Assembly (NCBI GenBank): GCA_964016885.1
Contig: OZ024756.1
Location: forward strand, 42,098,001 to 42,162,000
DNA length: 64,000 nucleotides
Direction: 5' to 3'
Source of the DNA: Eledone cirrhosa
Taxonomy: Eukaryota
The position numbers and the translations under genes are program-made. How positions within the stretch are numbered: the first letter of the stretch is position 1; every line of letters starts with the position of its first letter. This document shows positions 40,101 through 53,032 of this stretch, piece by piece. The notes under the pieces are model-generated. The model saw only the letters and a program-made list of their open reading frames with translations, did not search any database and was not told where the DNA came from.

Positions 40101-43100
40101 AGTTTTTTAATATAGGACCAGAGGTGGGTTTCAGGCAATTTGGTATCATAGGGTTTAAAGTTTATTTTCTGAAAGAAGTTAGTAAAGAAAACAATACAAA
40201 CAACCAATGAAAAACTACTTACAGAATGAACCTGGTTTTTTATGGGGTGTTGTACAAGTTTTCCTGAGAGGGAAATCATGAGAAGAGAAAGGTTGAAATG
40301 GTCTTGCCATCCACTGGGCATAATTGTGATCTCCTGAAGGAGGCAGAACAGCATTTGGTAACATATCCCTAGAAAGAAACAACACATGGCAGTGATTAGT
40401 TTTCTTCTCTAAAAAAGAAATGTGACTGGACGAGAAGAATGATGAGAATAGAAGTAGTGATGAATATTGTGAAGGGAAATGGAATGAGATGGTTAGGTCA
40501 GGTGATGAGGAAGGATAGAAGTGACTGGATGAGAGGAGTGATGGGAACGAGGGTAAAGTACCCTTGGAGACAGCCAAAAAGTGGACAGAGGTAGCTGTGG
40601 TGGTCTCAAATCCCATATCTCTCACTTCTATGAGAGTGTGTTAACCACTACACTGAGGTGTCCCTGGCCACCTTTCAGAAGATTTTAAAATCTGCAGCTT
40701 AGAAGTGTAAACATCCAGTTGACTTAAGAATCATTGGGAAAATTTTTCATTTGGAATATCATCTCCCCAACAAATATATACATTTTATAATTTGAGACAC
40801 ATATAAAAAAAGTCAAATATACCAAAAGAGTACTTACACAGGCAAATTTTTATTATGATCCCATAATGTACAAGCCTTGACATTAAACCAGGGAAAATAC
40901 TTTTCCATTTGCTGGAGAGAAAAAGAAATAAGTTTTATAAATTCTATAGTATAAATTATTACAATAAAAATATTGGTTTTTGAGGGAAAAGACACAATAA
41001 ATGCTACTGATATACTAGTATTTAAGTCAAGAAATATGTGAGGAGAACAAAAAAGGTGGAGTGAAGGGGTGACTTATATTCAAGGTCAATATTTGTTGAT
41101 TTTAACCAACTTCAAATTCTACATAAATGAGGTGCAAAAATATTACACCTGTGTTTACTCTGGAGGTGAATATTACACCAGTTTTACTCTGGAGGTGAAA
41201 TTCGTATTTCCTATTGTATTTAAAAAAATATATTTTGAATGAATATAGCCATCAAAAAATATTGACAAATTCTCTGCCAGAAATTGAACAGTTTTGATAG
41301 TTTGGTTAATTCTTATGGATGGTAACCTCTGCAAGAAGTCAGACCATTACTATTTGTCCAGATGTTCAAATAAAACACACCCAGTACACTCTGTATAGTG
41401 GTTGATGACAATACAAGGTTGAGAGGATTCTCCTGTCTGGCCAAACACTTGACAACTTCTCTAGTGATACTGCCATGATAAAATGCACCTAGTACACTCT
41501 GTAAAGTGGCTGATGGTTAAACAAACACAATACAGGTTAGAGAATCAAGACTATAGTACTAAAAGAATTAAACATTGGAAAAGATGGTATTTAGTGAAAA
41601 GAAAACTGTCAGAATTAATAATCCGCACCTTGATGAAGATTGACCGCACTGAGTTGTTAGCTCGTTTCCGACTCACAGTTTGATCAGCACAATCATTTAG
41701 AGCTGTCTGTATAATCCTCACCATATCTTCGTTGAATTGGTGCTATTAAGAAAAGAAAACAAAAGTTCAGAGAAAATATTACCAACCCTTTCATTTATTC
41801 ATTAAATCTCTAATTCAATTAATTATTTCATTAAGATAGTATTTATAATAAAGTTCTTATCTAAAATGTGTTTGAAAATTTTATAATGGACTTTCTATTA
41901 AGTTGATATTTGGTAAATAATTTAACCCTTCTGATACTAAACTGGTAGAAATAGCCTCAAAATCTACAATATACAACTGTTTTCAAGTATTTATATTTCT
42001 CTAAAAACCTTCCTTCAGAATTTTACATAGAAACCTTTGTTAAGTTATATTACTAATAGCCACCACCCAAATTCTTATTTTTAAAATTATTTCAATATCA
42101 TAGGCTGTAAACTTAGCTGTTGTGACCCTCGAATCATTAAATTAATCAGTTTTAACTGATTGATTTGAATTGGTAGAATATTGTTTTAGTTAACTAAGAT
42201 GGAAGATGAGTTATGACAGGAGAAGAATAGAGATTTTAACAACTTCCGGATGTTGGCAGAGTTTCAGAAATTCAGAATATAACATGGAAAATAAAACAAA
42301 TATATATATATATATACTTACGACACTCTGATAGTGAAGTTTGTTTATTTTCTGAATAACACAGTAGAAATCCTTGGGATATTCCTTCAGTTTTTCTGCC
42401 TTGAGTGCTAGCTCTGGAATACACTTTAGATTGCCATCGTCTGAAGTGTACAGAGATTTACTCTTGCGAGCTTCAGAGAAGAGTTTCTGCCTTTCTTTTT
42501 GAAGACATATAGCAACATCTTTGTAATTAAACTTGGAAATCTCATCATAATCTTCAGATGCTGAATCTGTTGTGCTGTCCTCTGATGGTGTTGGGGAAGA
42601 ACATTTCGGAGGTTTCATACACGTTTGTGATGTTGACAAACTGCTGTTTGTGGAAGGCGTTTTCGACGACGACGATAAATGAGTTGTAGAAACTGATGTT
42701 AAACATGTATTGTTAATGTAATCAACTTCTTCTTCTTCTTCAACTATCGTATTCAAATTAGAAGTCTCATGTGTACCTTTATTTGTCTTTTGATTAGGAT
42801 GACTAAAACTATTTTTAAATAACCTATCTGGAGAATTTATATTCTTGTAATTATTAAGATCTTGGTGTGTGCTTAGGCTGTAGGTAACAGAAGGAGAAGT
42901 AGATGATTGATTAATTATGGTACTAACTGCTGAAGAAGGTGATGATTTCGCTGTACTGATGGTATCACTTGGTCTAATTAAACTAATACATGAGATAATA
43001 CTAGCTGTAGTTAATGTGGTGTTGTTGGATGATGAAACAGTGTCACTAACTTTTACTGTTGCTACCCCAGAGTTAGTAGCTGTACTAATAAATCTATTCC

Positions 43101-45060
43101 CATGTGACACAGAACTTGATACATTCATACTTCCAATGGAAGATATCCCAGCAGCTGGTGACATAGTAGATGGGGTTGTGGTGTGGGGACAAATCTTGGT
43201 CATGCTGCCTGTAATCAGACTAGTAGTTTTGGGGTCAACACTGCATGCTGTGGGTGCATTACTACTGGTGAGGTTACTAAAACTACACAGTGTTACATTG
43301 CTTCCGACCAATCCATGGGGCGACTGAGCCTTTGCATCACTAAAACATGACACAATATTAGGCGTCATAATAGTTCCATTGAGAGCTGATACTGTATTAA
43401 CTGATGTATTTGAACATACAGAACTTACTGAAGGGATCTTAGGACTGTTACCATATGAAATTACTTTAGATGAAAACATTGACACACTACATGAATCACA
43501 TGTCTGTATACTACTACTACTACTAATACTGCTAGAAGTTAAATTATTAACAGTCGGGGGAGACTGTGTTAATGTATTTGCAATAGAAGGACTCTTAACG
43601 TTCAAGGTATTATTACAAGAAACAGCTGTGGTTGGAGCTTTAGTAGTGCTAGTAATGCTGATGCCATGACTTCTATTACTAATATTCCTCCGAAAGAATC
43701 CAGCAGGTGGCATTGGTCCCATTACAAAACGGCAAGCACCGCCTGTCTTTGGGAGACTAACAGCAGTAGTTTTAGGAACAGAACTTTCAATAGCCTTAAT
43801 TTCTGAATCTTTTGATGGGTTGGTCTGAAGAGGAGAAGAATTGCTTGTAGATGTAACGTTGGAAATAGCTTCAGAATTTTTGTTAAAACTGTCCAGAAGA
43901 GATTTCCTAGATGTGCTATAACTGCAAATGGAGTTGTTAGGTTTGTCAGTAGAGTGAGTTTGTGAGTTATCACAGATTTGAGGAGAAGATATTGAAGTGG
44001 CAACTCTGTTGGTAGGAGGAGGAGATGAATAAGTTGTTATTACAGCTTCAGACTTAATCAATTTATCACAGCCAGAGACTGAAGAAAAGATAGTGGCAAT
44101 ATTTGGATAGGCGCTGACAATGGTTTTAGTGTTAACATGTGAAGAGTTCTTTGCACGAGGGCTTGGGAGGGGAACTTTAAACACAGGTGCATTGTGACAT
44201 AGTGATGTGCCACTCTTACTATGAGGCAAAAGTGAAAGAGAAGAAGTTGCTGTGGAATCATCCAGACAAGAATCATGATCATCATCACCACAAGAGTTGA
44301 CTTTGCAATTCTTTGGCTTATTTCTTTTCTGAAATTTAAAAAAAATATTTTTCAATCAAGTTTGGTTAACACAAACTAAAATACCACGTTTAACCCTTTT
44401 ATTACCATATTTCTAATAAAAGTTACTGCCATTAATTTTCAAATCATTTTGAAAATAATCAAGAATTTGAAGGGATTTAGTAATATAATTAAATTTCTCA
44501 TTAAGCTGGTGTTTGGAACATCACAAAATTACAATGGAAAGTATTTAGATAAATATAAACATTTAAAAATAAAGGGTATCATAGAACCATGGAAAGTTTC
44601 AAATGGCTTGAATGAAAAGGTTAAGGAAAACATATTTTTGTTTCCATCCTTTTATTACCATATTTTTAATGAAAGACTGTCTATGATTTCCAAATAATTT
44701 TGAAAATAGTCAAGAATTTGATGAAAGGTTTTTAGATAAACATAAACATGTATATCTGGTTTAGAATAGGTACACCGTATCCCTTCATAAGAAACTAAAA
44801 GGGTTGGTGTCAATAAAAACATCTGGCTGTAGAACATTGCCTCAGAAAGTCCCATCCAACCCGTGCTAGGATGGAAAAGTGGACGTAAAAACAACAATGA
44901 TGATGATAGAACACTTTAAAATAAATAGCTTTGTACCATAGAACTAAGGATAAGTAATGTCAGGCAGATTGATATCAAAAGGGTTAAACATTTATAAGCA
45001 ACAAACAAATTAAGGAGATAAAAGACCCCCCCCCCCCCCCCCCCCCACACACACACACCA

Positions 45061-45095
<35 letters not shown>

Positions 45096-48000
45096 TAATA
45101 AAAAAATTTTTTTTTTTAAATATACCTTTAATTTCTCCATTCCTTGCTTGGCAGCCATCGGTCCTAAAAGATGTTGTGCACATTTAGAATTCTGCAAAGC
45201 AAGCATAACTCGCTGAAAGCCATGCTGCATAGTCTCCTGTATGATACACTCCCACTCAGCTGGAGATTTTTCCGAACAAAGTGAACAAATATATTGAACA
45301 TCTTCTGGAAGGTGTGAAAACATCAAATAAAGCTCATCTAATAAGAGAAAGAGAGAAACAGGTGTTGTTTTATTAGATAAATGAATTACTTGTATGGGAA
45401 TCTATGTTACAGAACATGTATCTCAAATTGGGTTTGTTAATTCAAATATTTATAATATCTTTATTAGTGGACAGATTGTTGAGGAAATTTGCTGTAAACT
45501 AAAGTAAAACCTTCAGTATTTAATGTGATGCAAATTTCCACAACAATTTGTCTATATCGAGTGTGAGGACCACTGGGCAGAAGCCACTGCTGCTTATGTT
45601 CAAATTTATATTAACTAATATAAATGATAGCATACCTGTGAGCCCAGCACACTTAGAATGCACCCAGCTGTCACAAGAAGAGCACTGTACCATCTTAGAA
45701 TCCCAATCATCATCTGTATAGCATTTACGACAAATTGGACAGAAGTTACCTGCGGGAAAAGAAAAACAAACAATATATATAAAGTAAAGTTTTGATACAA
45801 AGCTGCATGGATAAATTGTGATAAAAGTATACATGTATATAAAGATTCATATGCATATAAAAATGTGTACATATTCATTTTACATACTTTTAATTTCAAC
45901 CAATTTATTTTTAGCCAAAACCAGTAAAAGAATATATATACAATACCTTTGTCCATTAATTTGCCACATTCATAACAGAGGGAGAAGTCGTGCATCCACG
46001 TAGCATTGCCCGAGTTGCCAGGGGTTGTTGCTCCACAGCTCTTACACCGGACACACTTCGTACAGATCTGGTAATTATAAATATACATAACAAATTACAT
46101 TTAGTTTTTTAGTTTTAAACAATTCACACTACTTATGTTGGAAAATGGACATTAAACGATGATGATGATAACGTTTCAAAATTTGTGCATTGATTTCAAA
46201 TCCATGTAAAGCCTTTTAAACTCATCAAAAGTTCAATAATCTGATATTTTAGATTTTACCCACATTTCTAAGTCTAAATACATGATTATTTAAAGAATTT
46301 AATTAGAAGACATAAGCTAAGAAAAACACACAGACTGTGTTTAAACCCTTTTATAACTGTATTTCTTATGAAATACACTGAGTTCCAATTAATTAATGAA
46401 GAATTTGGAAGGATTTATTAAAAATTATTAACTATTTCATTATCAAGATGATATTTGTAACATAACAAAAGGTTCTTAAATCAAATCATTGAAGATTTAA
46501 ATTTATACCAGAAACACTTTAGAATTGGGGGAAGGGGCTTTGTTTCTTATGTCCAGAGAATGTTTTGAGCAAGTTGGCATTAAAAGGGTTAAGTTATGAA
46601 AAGAAGGCTGCAGTTCCTTACCCATATCTTCTTCTTCTTGGACGGTTTTGTTGGATAGTTAGGACCGAGGCACTGTGGGTGATAGGTATCATGACACTTG
46701 TTACACTGCAACAGCTGAAATTAAAATATAAACACAAAGCAAATGATTATTAAGAAGAATAAACCAATATAGAAAACATCTTTATATAAATATCGAGGCA
46801 GTGAATTGGCAGTCACTAGAATGTCAGATAAAATGCTTTGCAGTATTAATTCCAGATCTCAGGACTCTCAGTTCAAATCCCATTGATGTCAACTTTGCCT
46901 TTCAACCTTTTAAGGGATCAACTCTCCCTCTCTGGAAGAAATTGTGCTGGCTATATTCAGACCTGGAGAGGAGAATGGGCTTCATCAGGTTTAAAATACC
47001 CTGCGACATACCCAATGTCACTAAAATGTCCCTATAACTCTATACAGACATAAACATCATCTTTCCATGTTAGCATGGGTTTGATGAGCTAACCCAGTCC
47101 CAATCAGTTTTTATTTGGAGTTATTGCCCTCCTAGACATCCCAAGTTTTGGCATGGTTTCAGTAGTATTTGCCTTCCCCTTGTTCAACATTGGTGGCATG
47201 GAGAGGAGAGACTGGTATACAAGGGCAACTACAGGTCTTCCACAAAACACCTTGCCCGGACTTGTACCTTGGAAAGGAAACTTTCTCAGTACAAATTCCA
47301 TGGTCATTTGCGACCAAAGGGGATCTTCACCCATTACTATATACTAAGGGACAGCATCCCATCTATACTCTGCCTCACACTGATACTAGAAATATATAAA
47401 AAAAATTGTTAAACTATACGTACATTCTTTTGTTGACCACATACTTGACAATAATGACAGCGATAACAGCACCAGTTCTCTAAGTTCTTGTCTGTTGGCC
47501 GCCAATCCTCTTCCAAGCAAAACATATGGAATGGTTCACAGCACAACTGGCAGTACACAAACTGAAATTTAAACAATACAAGGTAAATTACACAACTCAC
47601 AGACCATGGAATTAAAACAATACACATCAATTAGAATTCACTGAAGTTTATAAAACATAACATTTTACCATTTTGATACCAACCATCCTGAAAGCAACTC
47701 TTGTTCTACGATATATAACTGTATATTTTAAAAACCTGTCTATATTTATATAAAATCCTTCCATCCTAATTTTACATAAGAAAATTTTGTTATGTTTCAA
47801 ACAGCAAAAATAATTAAAATGTTATTTTTATTACTAAATTTCCTCTGCACCCAAATTCTTGGTAATATTTTCAAAATCCAATTAATCAAATAGACATTGT
47901 ATTTCACTAGAAATATAGTAATGAAGTGAAGTTACATTGTTTAGTGGCTAGGAGAATGTTCAGCTCACAACAATAAGTCTGTGTGTTTGATTGCCGGAAA

Positions 48001-51000
48001 TGTGTTATTTCCTTGAGCAAGGCACTTTATGTCTCATTGCTCCAATCAACCCAGCAGGTAAAAATGAGTTGTACCTGTAATTTAAGGAGCCAACATCGTC
48101 ATATACACACACTTCATCATGTTAAATCTCTGAGAAACACATTAAAAGGTACATGTGTCTGTGATGAAATTCTCAGCCACTTACACATTTATTTCACAAG
48201 TTGTTTGGTTGTTCAAAACAACTGGATCACCTCTCATTGCACTCGACAGAAGTCCTACAACAACAATGAAAGAGTTAAAGTTTCTTACCTCATGCTGCCC
48301 AGCACTCCCACACAAGTAACACATAGTGCGAACACATAAAGGTGTGGAAACAAGGATGGCGAAACCCTGCTCCCATACACGACATAAATCACAATCATCC
48401 TGAAAGAGAAGTATACATATATTTTTAAAGAAAACTGGAAATGGCTAACATTAATATCTGGAACTTAATACAAAACTATTTTTAAGGAACACAAAGGTTT
48501 GTTATGTCAAAGACATGACAACCTCCTATAAACACACCTAGTACACTCTGTATGTAAAGTGGTTGGTGATACGAAGGGCATTCAGTCACAGAAAAGCTGT
48601 CAAAGAAAGAGTCAAGGGGACATAACAATCTTCCTAGTGCTGGCGCCATGATAAAATGCACTTGTTAAGGCACAGGGTCAGATGTAAGCAAGTTGCAAGC
48701 CCCCAGGAGTAGAAGACACTTGCCCAAAGTATGCAGTGGGATAGAAAAGCATGTTTCTTAATCCCACAACAATGCTGTGTCTAGCCGTATTTCTAAAGAT
48801 TTCAATCTAATCTTTAACTTATTTGATACTAGGTTTGTTTGTTTTTTTATTAAAAATAGGAGCCCTTTAATAAAAAAACAAACAAACCTTCTAACATAAT
48901 TTTCTATAAGAACTGTTTAAGGTATGTTATAAATACCATATTAAAGTAAATTCTGGTTTCAATCATTAAACTGTGGCCATGCTGGGTGAATGCCTTTCTG
49001 GCCAGACACACACTGGGCTTCTGTACAGTTTCTGTCTACCAAATTCCACTGACAAGGTACTGGACAACCAGAGGCTACAGCAGAGAGCACTTGCCCCATA
49101 TGCTATACAGTAGGACTAAACCCAGAACCACATGGTAACAAAAGCAAATTCCTTAACGACATGACCATGCATTTGACACCTAGTATTTCATCATCATTAG
49201 AAATTTAGTGAATAAAAGGTTAGAAAAATAAAATAAATTAAAAATCCCTTTACCTTATAATCAACCTTGATACGGTATGCTGTTGGAGAGTACATGTAAT
49301 CCTGACTAGTCCACTTGCGCATTGCAATATGTTCCAGATTCTTTGAGCTGAGATAGCCAGCAGATCCTGAGAACATTGGTGGGGTTTGAACGTACATGTT
49401 CACAGAATCCGTAGACTTGCCGCCATAGAGGGTCACTGCCTAGCAGAAAGGACATTCACACATTTACAGCTCCACACAATGTGGTTTAATCAAAATAAAC
49501 GAGCAAAATATTTAGTCTATAAATTTTCTATGAAAGAAAAATGAATTTTTGTTTTTTAATGAAAATGAGAAAAAGTAAATAAATATTTCTGCTAGAACTC
49601 AGCATATACCGTATATACTCAAATATAAGCTGACCCCTTATTTTATGTCTGAGAAATAGGCAAAAATCCAAACCCCGTTTATAAGCCAAGGCAGATATTC
49701 AACACATGTTTAGACGGGGCAGTTTTGAAATTCTCATGAGTGGAGAATATATTTACAAAGTTTTAATATTTTAATATTTTAATATTTAAAATGTTTTAAG
49801 TATTATTTAAAGTATAGTTTTTGTGTCATAACTACATTACATAATGATGTTTTACCAATTTCCGACTATATTCATTCAACACATATCAAAATCAATAGGA
49901 AATGCAAAAATATTTTCTCACCTCATTAACATAGAATTTTGAAGTTGGGTGAAAAATCAGCATAATATTGACCTCAAATATAAGCCGACCTTCCATTTTA
50001 CCACATATTTCTTGGCTTAATATGAGTATATATGGTATTTCAAGGTTTAGAGTAAACTTGAAGTAAATATAACTACGTTTTTATTTTAAGTACAAAGTTC
50101 TCTGAGAATTAAGTTAAAAACTACAACAGTTTTTAAATTATGAACCTTCTTATGCATTTCTTTTGACAAAATTTATTTTGAGGTCAGCATTCCCTCAAAT
50201 ATTCCCCAAACAACAAGCAAAACATCCAATGCTCTTAGCAAAACTATTTTAAATTCAAAGCTACTGAGTAGCAACATTTCAAAGCTACTGCACAGCGGTG
50301 TTTTGATGTGTACAGCCCCAATACACAGACTTGCTGGCTGTGCACCAGCACACCTTACAAGGAACGCTGCCTACAATAGTTATACTTTTTATCCTCACCT
50401 TTTCTTTGGTCCTTTTCTTCAATTGTTGAAAAAGAAACTGTCTCTTTAGTTTAACATTAGGTTTGCTGAGTTTTGGTTGATACCCTGGAGAAGTGCCACT
50501 ATCTAGCTGTCCACCACCACCACTGCCAGCTCCTCTCCTGTGACACCGTTGGCTGTTTGATATGTTGTTGCATTGTGGCTCAATATCAGCTTTCTTTTCG
50601 GAACTCTCCTTTTTCGGTGTGATGAAAGCATTTGTTGCAAATTTTGTATAGCGTGGGAATTTACAACGTCGATTACTGAAAAATAGAAAAAAAATATTTA
50701 TTTTTAAAATGGCCTTATCTATTTAACACAAGAAATTCATTTAAAATGATTGCTAAACTAATTGTGTCGTGGAAAACCTACGATTTCTTTAGAAATTGTA
50801 GAATCCTATATTTTATAGACAGACCCCAGCCCAGCACCTTGTAACATTAAATGGATCAAAATTTGTTTTAGAAAATTTTCTAATAGGAAAAAGACATACA
50901 TATGTTTATGTATAATAAATATATATTAAGTCTTTTTATGAATGTTTTTAAGCTATGATTATATTTCAGAATTTATGTTAAGATGCCAGTGTCTAGAAAG

Positions 51001-51363
51001 TACACAAATATTCTGGTCCCAAATATATCAGATAAAAGATTCTCAACATGTATATAACAATATTAATGATTTAGAAAAGTTTTTTTTTTTTTTAAAGAAA
51101 TTAACTTACACGCAGGCTTGCTTGATAACATTTTTACCACCATATTTTGGTTTGTCACTAGAAATTAAAGTAAAAAACAAAAGTTTAAATTATTTATGCA
51201 ACAAAATACTTAAATAACTAAACATTACTCATATAAGGAGTATTTGTTTTTTCCAAATAATTATATGAAAAATTAGAAAGTAAATTTGAATACCAAATTT
51301 TACATTTGAAAGTTAAAAAGAACATTTTGAAAAATTCAGTAAGATTATTTCAAAACAAATTAT

Positions 51364-51433
<70 letters not shown>

Positions 51434-52993
51434 TATATATATACAGATATATACACACACACTTATAAATGTGTCACATTTATATATTTTCTTGTAGATT
51501 GAGAAAATGATGACGAGCTCCTTAATAAATTCTCGACCCTTATTTCATTGTTTTCACATTATTTACAACAAAGGGTGTCATATTAGCAGAGCCATTAGAA
51601 CATTGACTAGACTGCTTTGCAGTATTTATTCTGGCTCTCTGAGTTCAAATCTAGCCAAGGTCAGGTAAACTTTGCTTCTTATCCTTCCAAGGTCGATAAA
51701 TAAAGTACCAGACAAATACTGAGGTCAATTCTTCATTCTTTTATATCTTGTTCTCACTTGCTATCTATCCATCTCTATTCACTGGGAAATAGGATGGGCT
51801 CTACCAGGTTTAAAACGCCTAAGACACCATATGTCACAAACGAGCCTCTAAGACCCTATTAACATTTAAGGGAACAATGACAATAACATCATTTACACAA
51901 TTACAAATGCATTCACCAATAGATACTACATCATCATTTAATGACTATTTTCATTGTTAGAAAGGTTTGGAGTCAGAACTCAGGCAGAAATATTGACCTT
52001 TTAATGGACTGGAGTGTCTGCATCACACTTTCATACGATCCCACAATTTTTCATAATAAATTCTTACAGATAATTTTAATTTTATCATCACTAAGTCATA
52101 GAATGCTAACAACATATGTTGTATGCCAAAGATAGTTTGAATTAATGACATTTGTTAACCGTGTCTGGTTTAGAATAGGTACAGCATATCCCTGCATGTC
52201 ATAAAAAGCAACTAAAAAAGTTGGTGTTAGGAAGGGAATCTAGCTATAAAAAGTCCTATGGAAAAGTTGACATAAAAACAATGATGACAATGACACTAGA
52301 TTTACAATACAATGGAAGCAATTGTAAGCTAGTTAATATATAAAACATTATAAGTTTCAGAAAGCTAGTACAACATATAATCTAAAGGTCTTTTTCATTC
52401 TTGTTTTAACTTTTACGTTATATTTCTAATGGAAGACACAGTCTATGATTTTAAAATAATTCTGAATATAAAAATTTGGAGAGATTTAGTAATATAAGTT
52501 TTTCATTAAGCCAGTGTTTGGAACATAACTTAATAGCAGGTTTTACATAAACACTTTAAAATAAACAGCTTTGTATTATAGAACCAAGGGTGGTTTGGAA
52601 CATAACTTAATAGACGTTCTTACATAAAATCATGATGGAAGGCTTTTAGATAAATATAAACACTAAAAATAGGCAGCTTTGTATCCTAGAAGCAGAGAAA
52701 GTTCAGGTAGTTTGGTATCAAAAGGGTTAAAGATTTTGTAATTATATTTCTAATGAAAGACACTGCCTATGAGTTTCAATTAATTTTGAAAATAATCAAA
52801 TATCTTATATAACTTTCTCATTATTCAGTTAATGTTTGGAACATAACATAACAAAGGTTCTTACATAAAATTATGATAGAAAGCTTTTAGATAAATAGAA
52901 GCACTTTAAAATAAACAGCTTTGTATCATAGAACTGGGTGTAAACTCAGATATCAAAAAGCCTGAGGAGAATATTTTAGAAAAAAAGGAAGGG

Positions 52994-53032
<39 letters not shown>

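Noticed and set aside
50286-50398. In-frame read-through past the 50399 donor
   Set aside because: A strong AAG|gtgag donor already gives the right phase, and the extension ends in TAG with no homology support.
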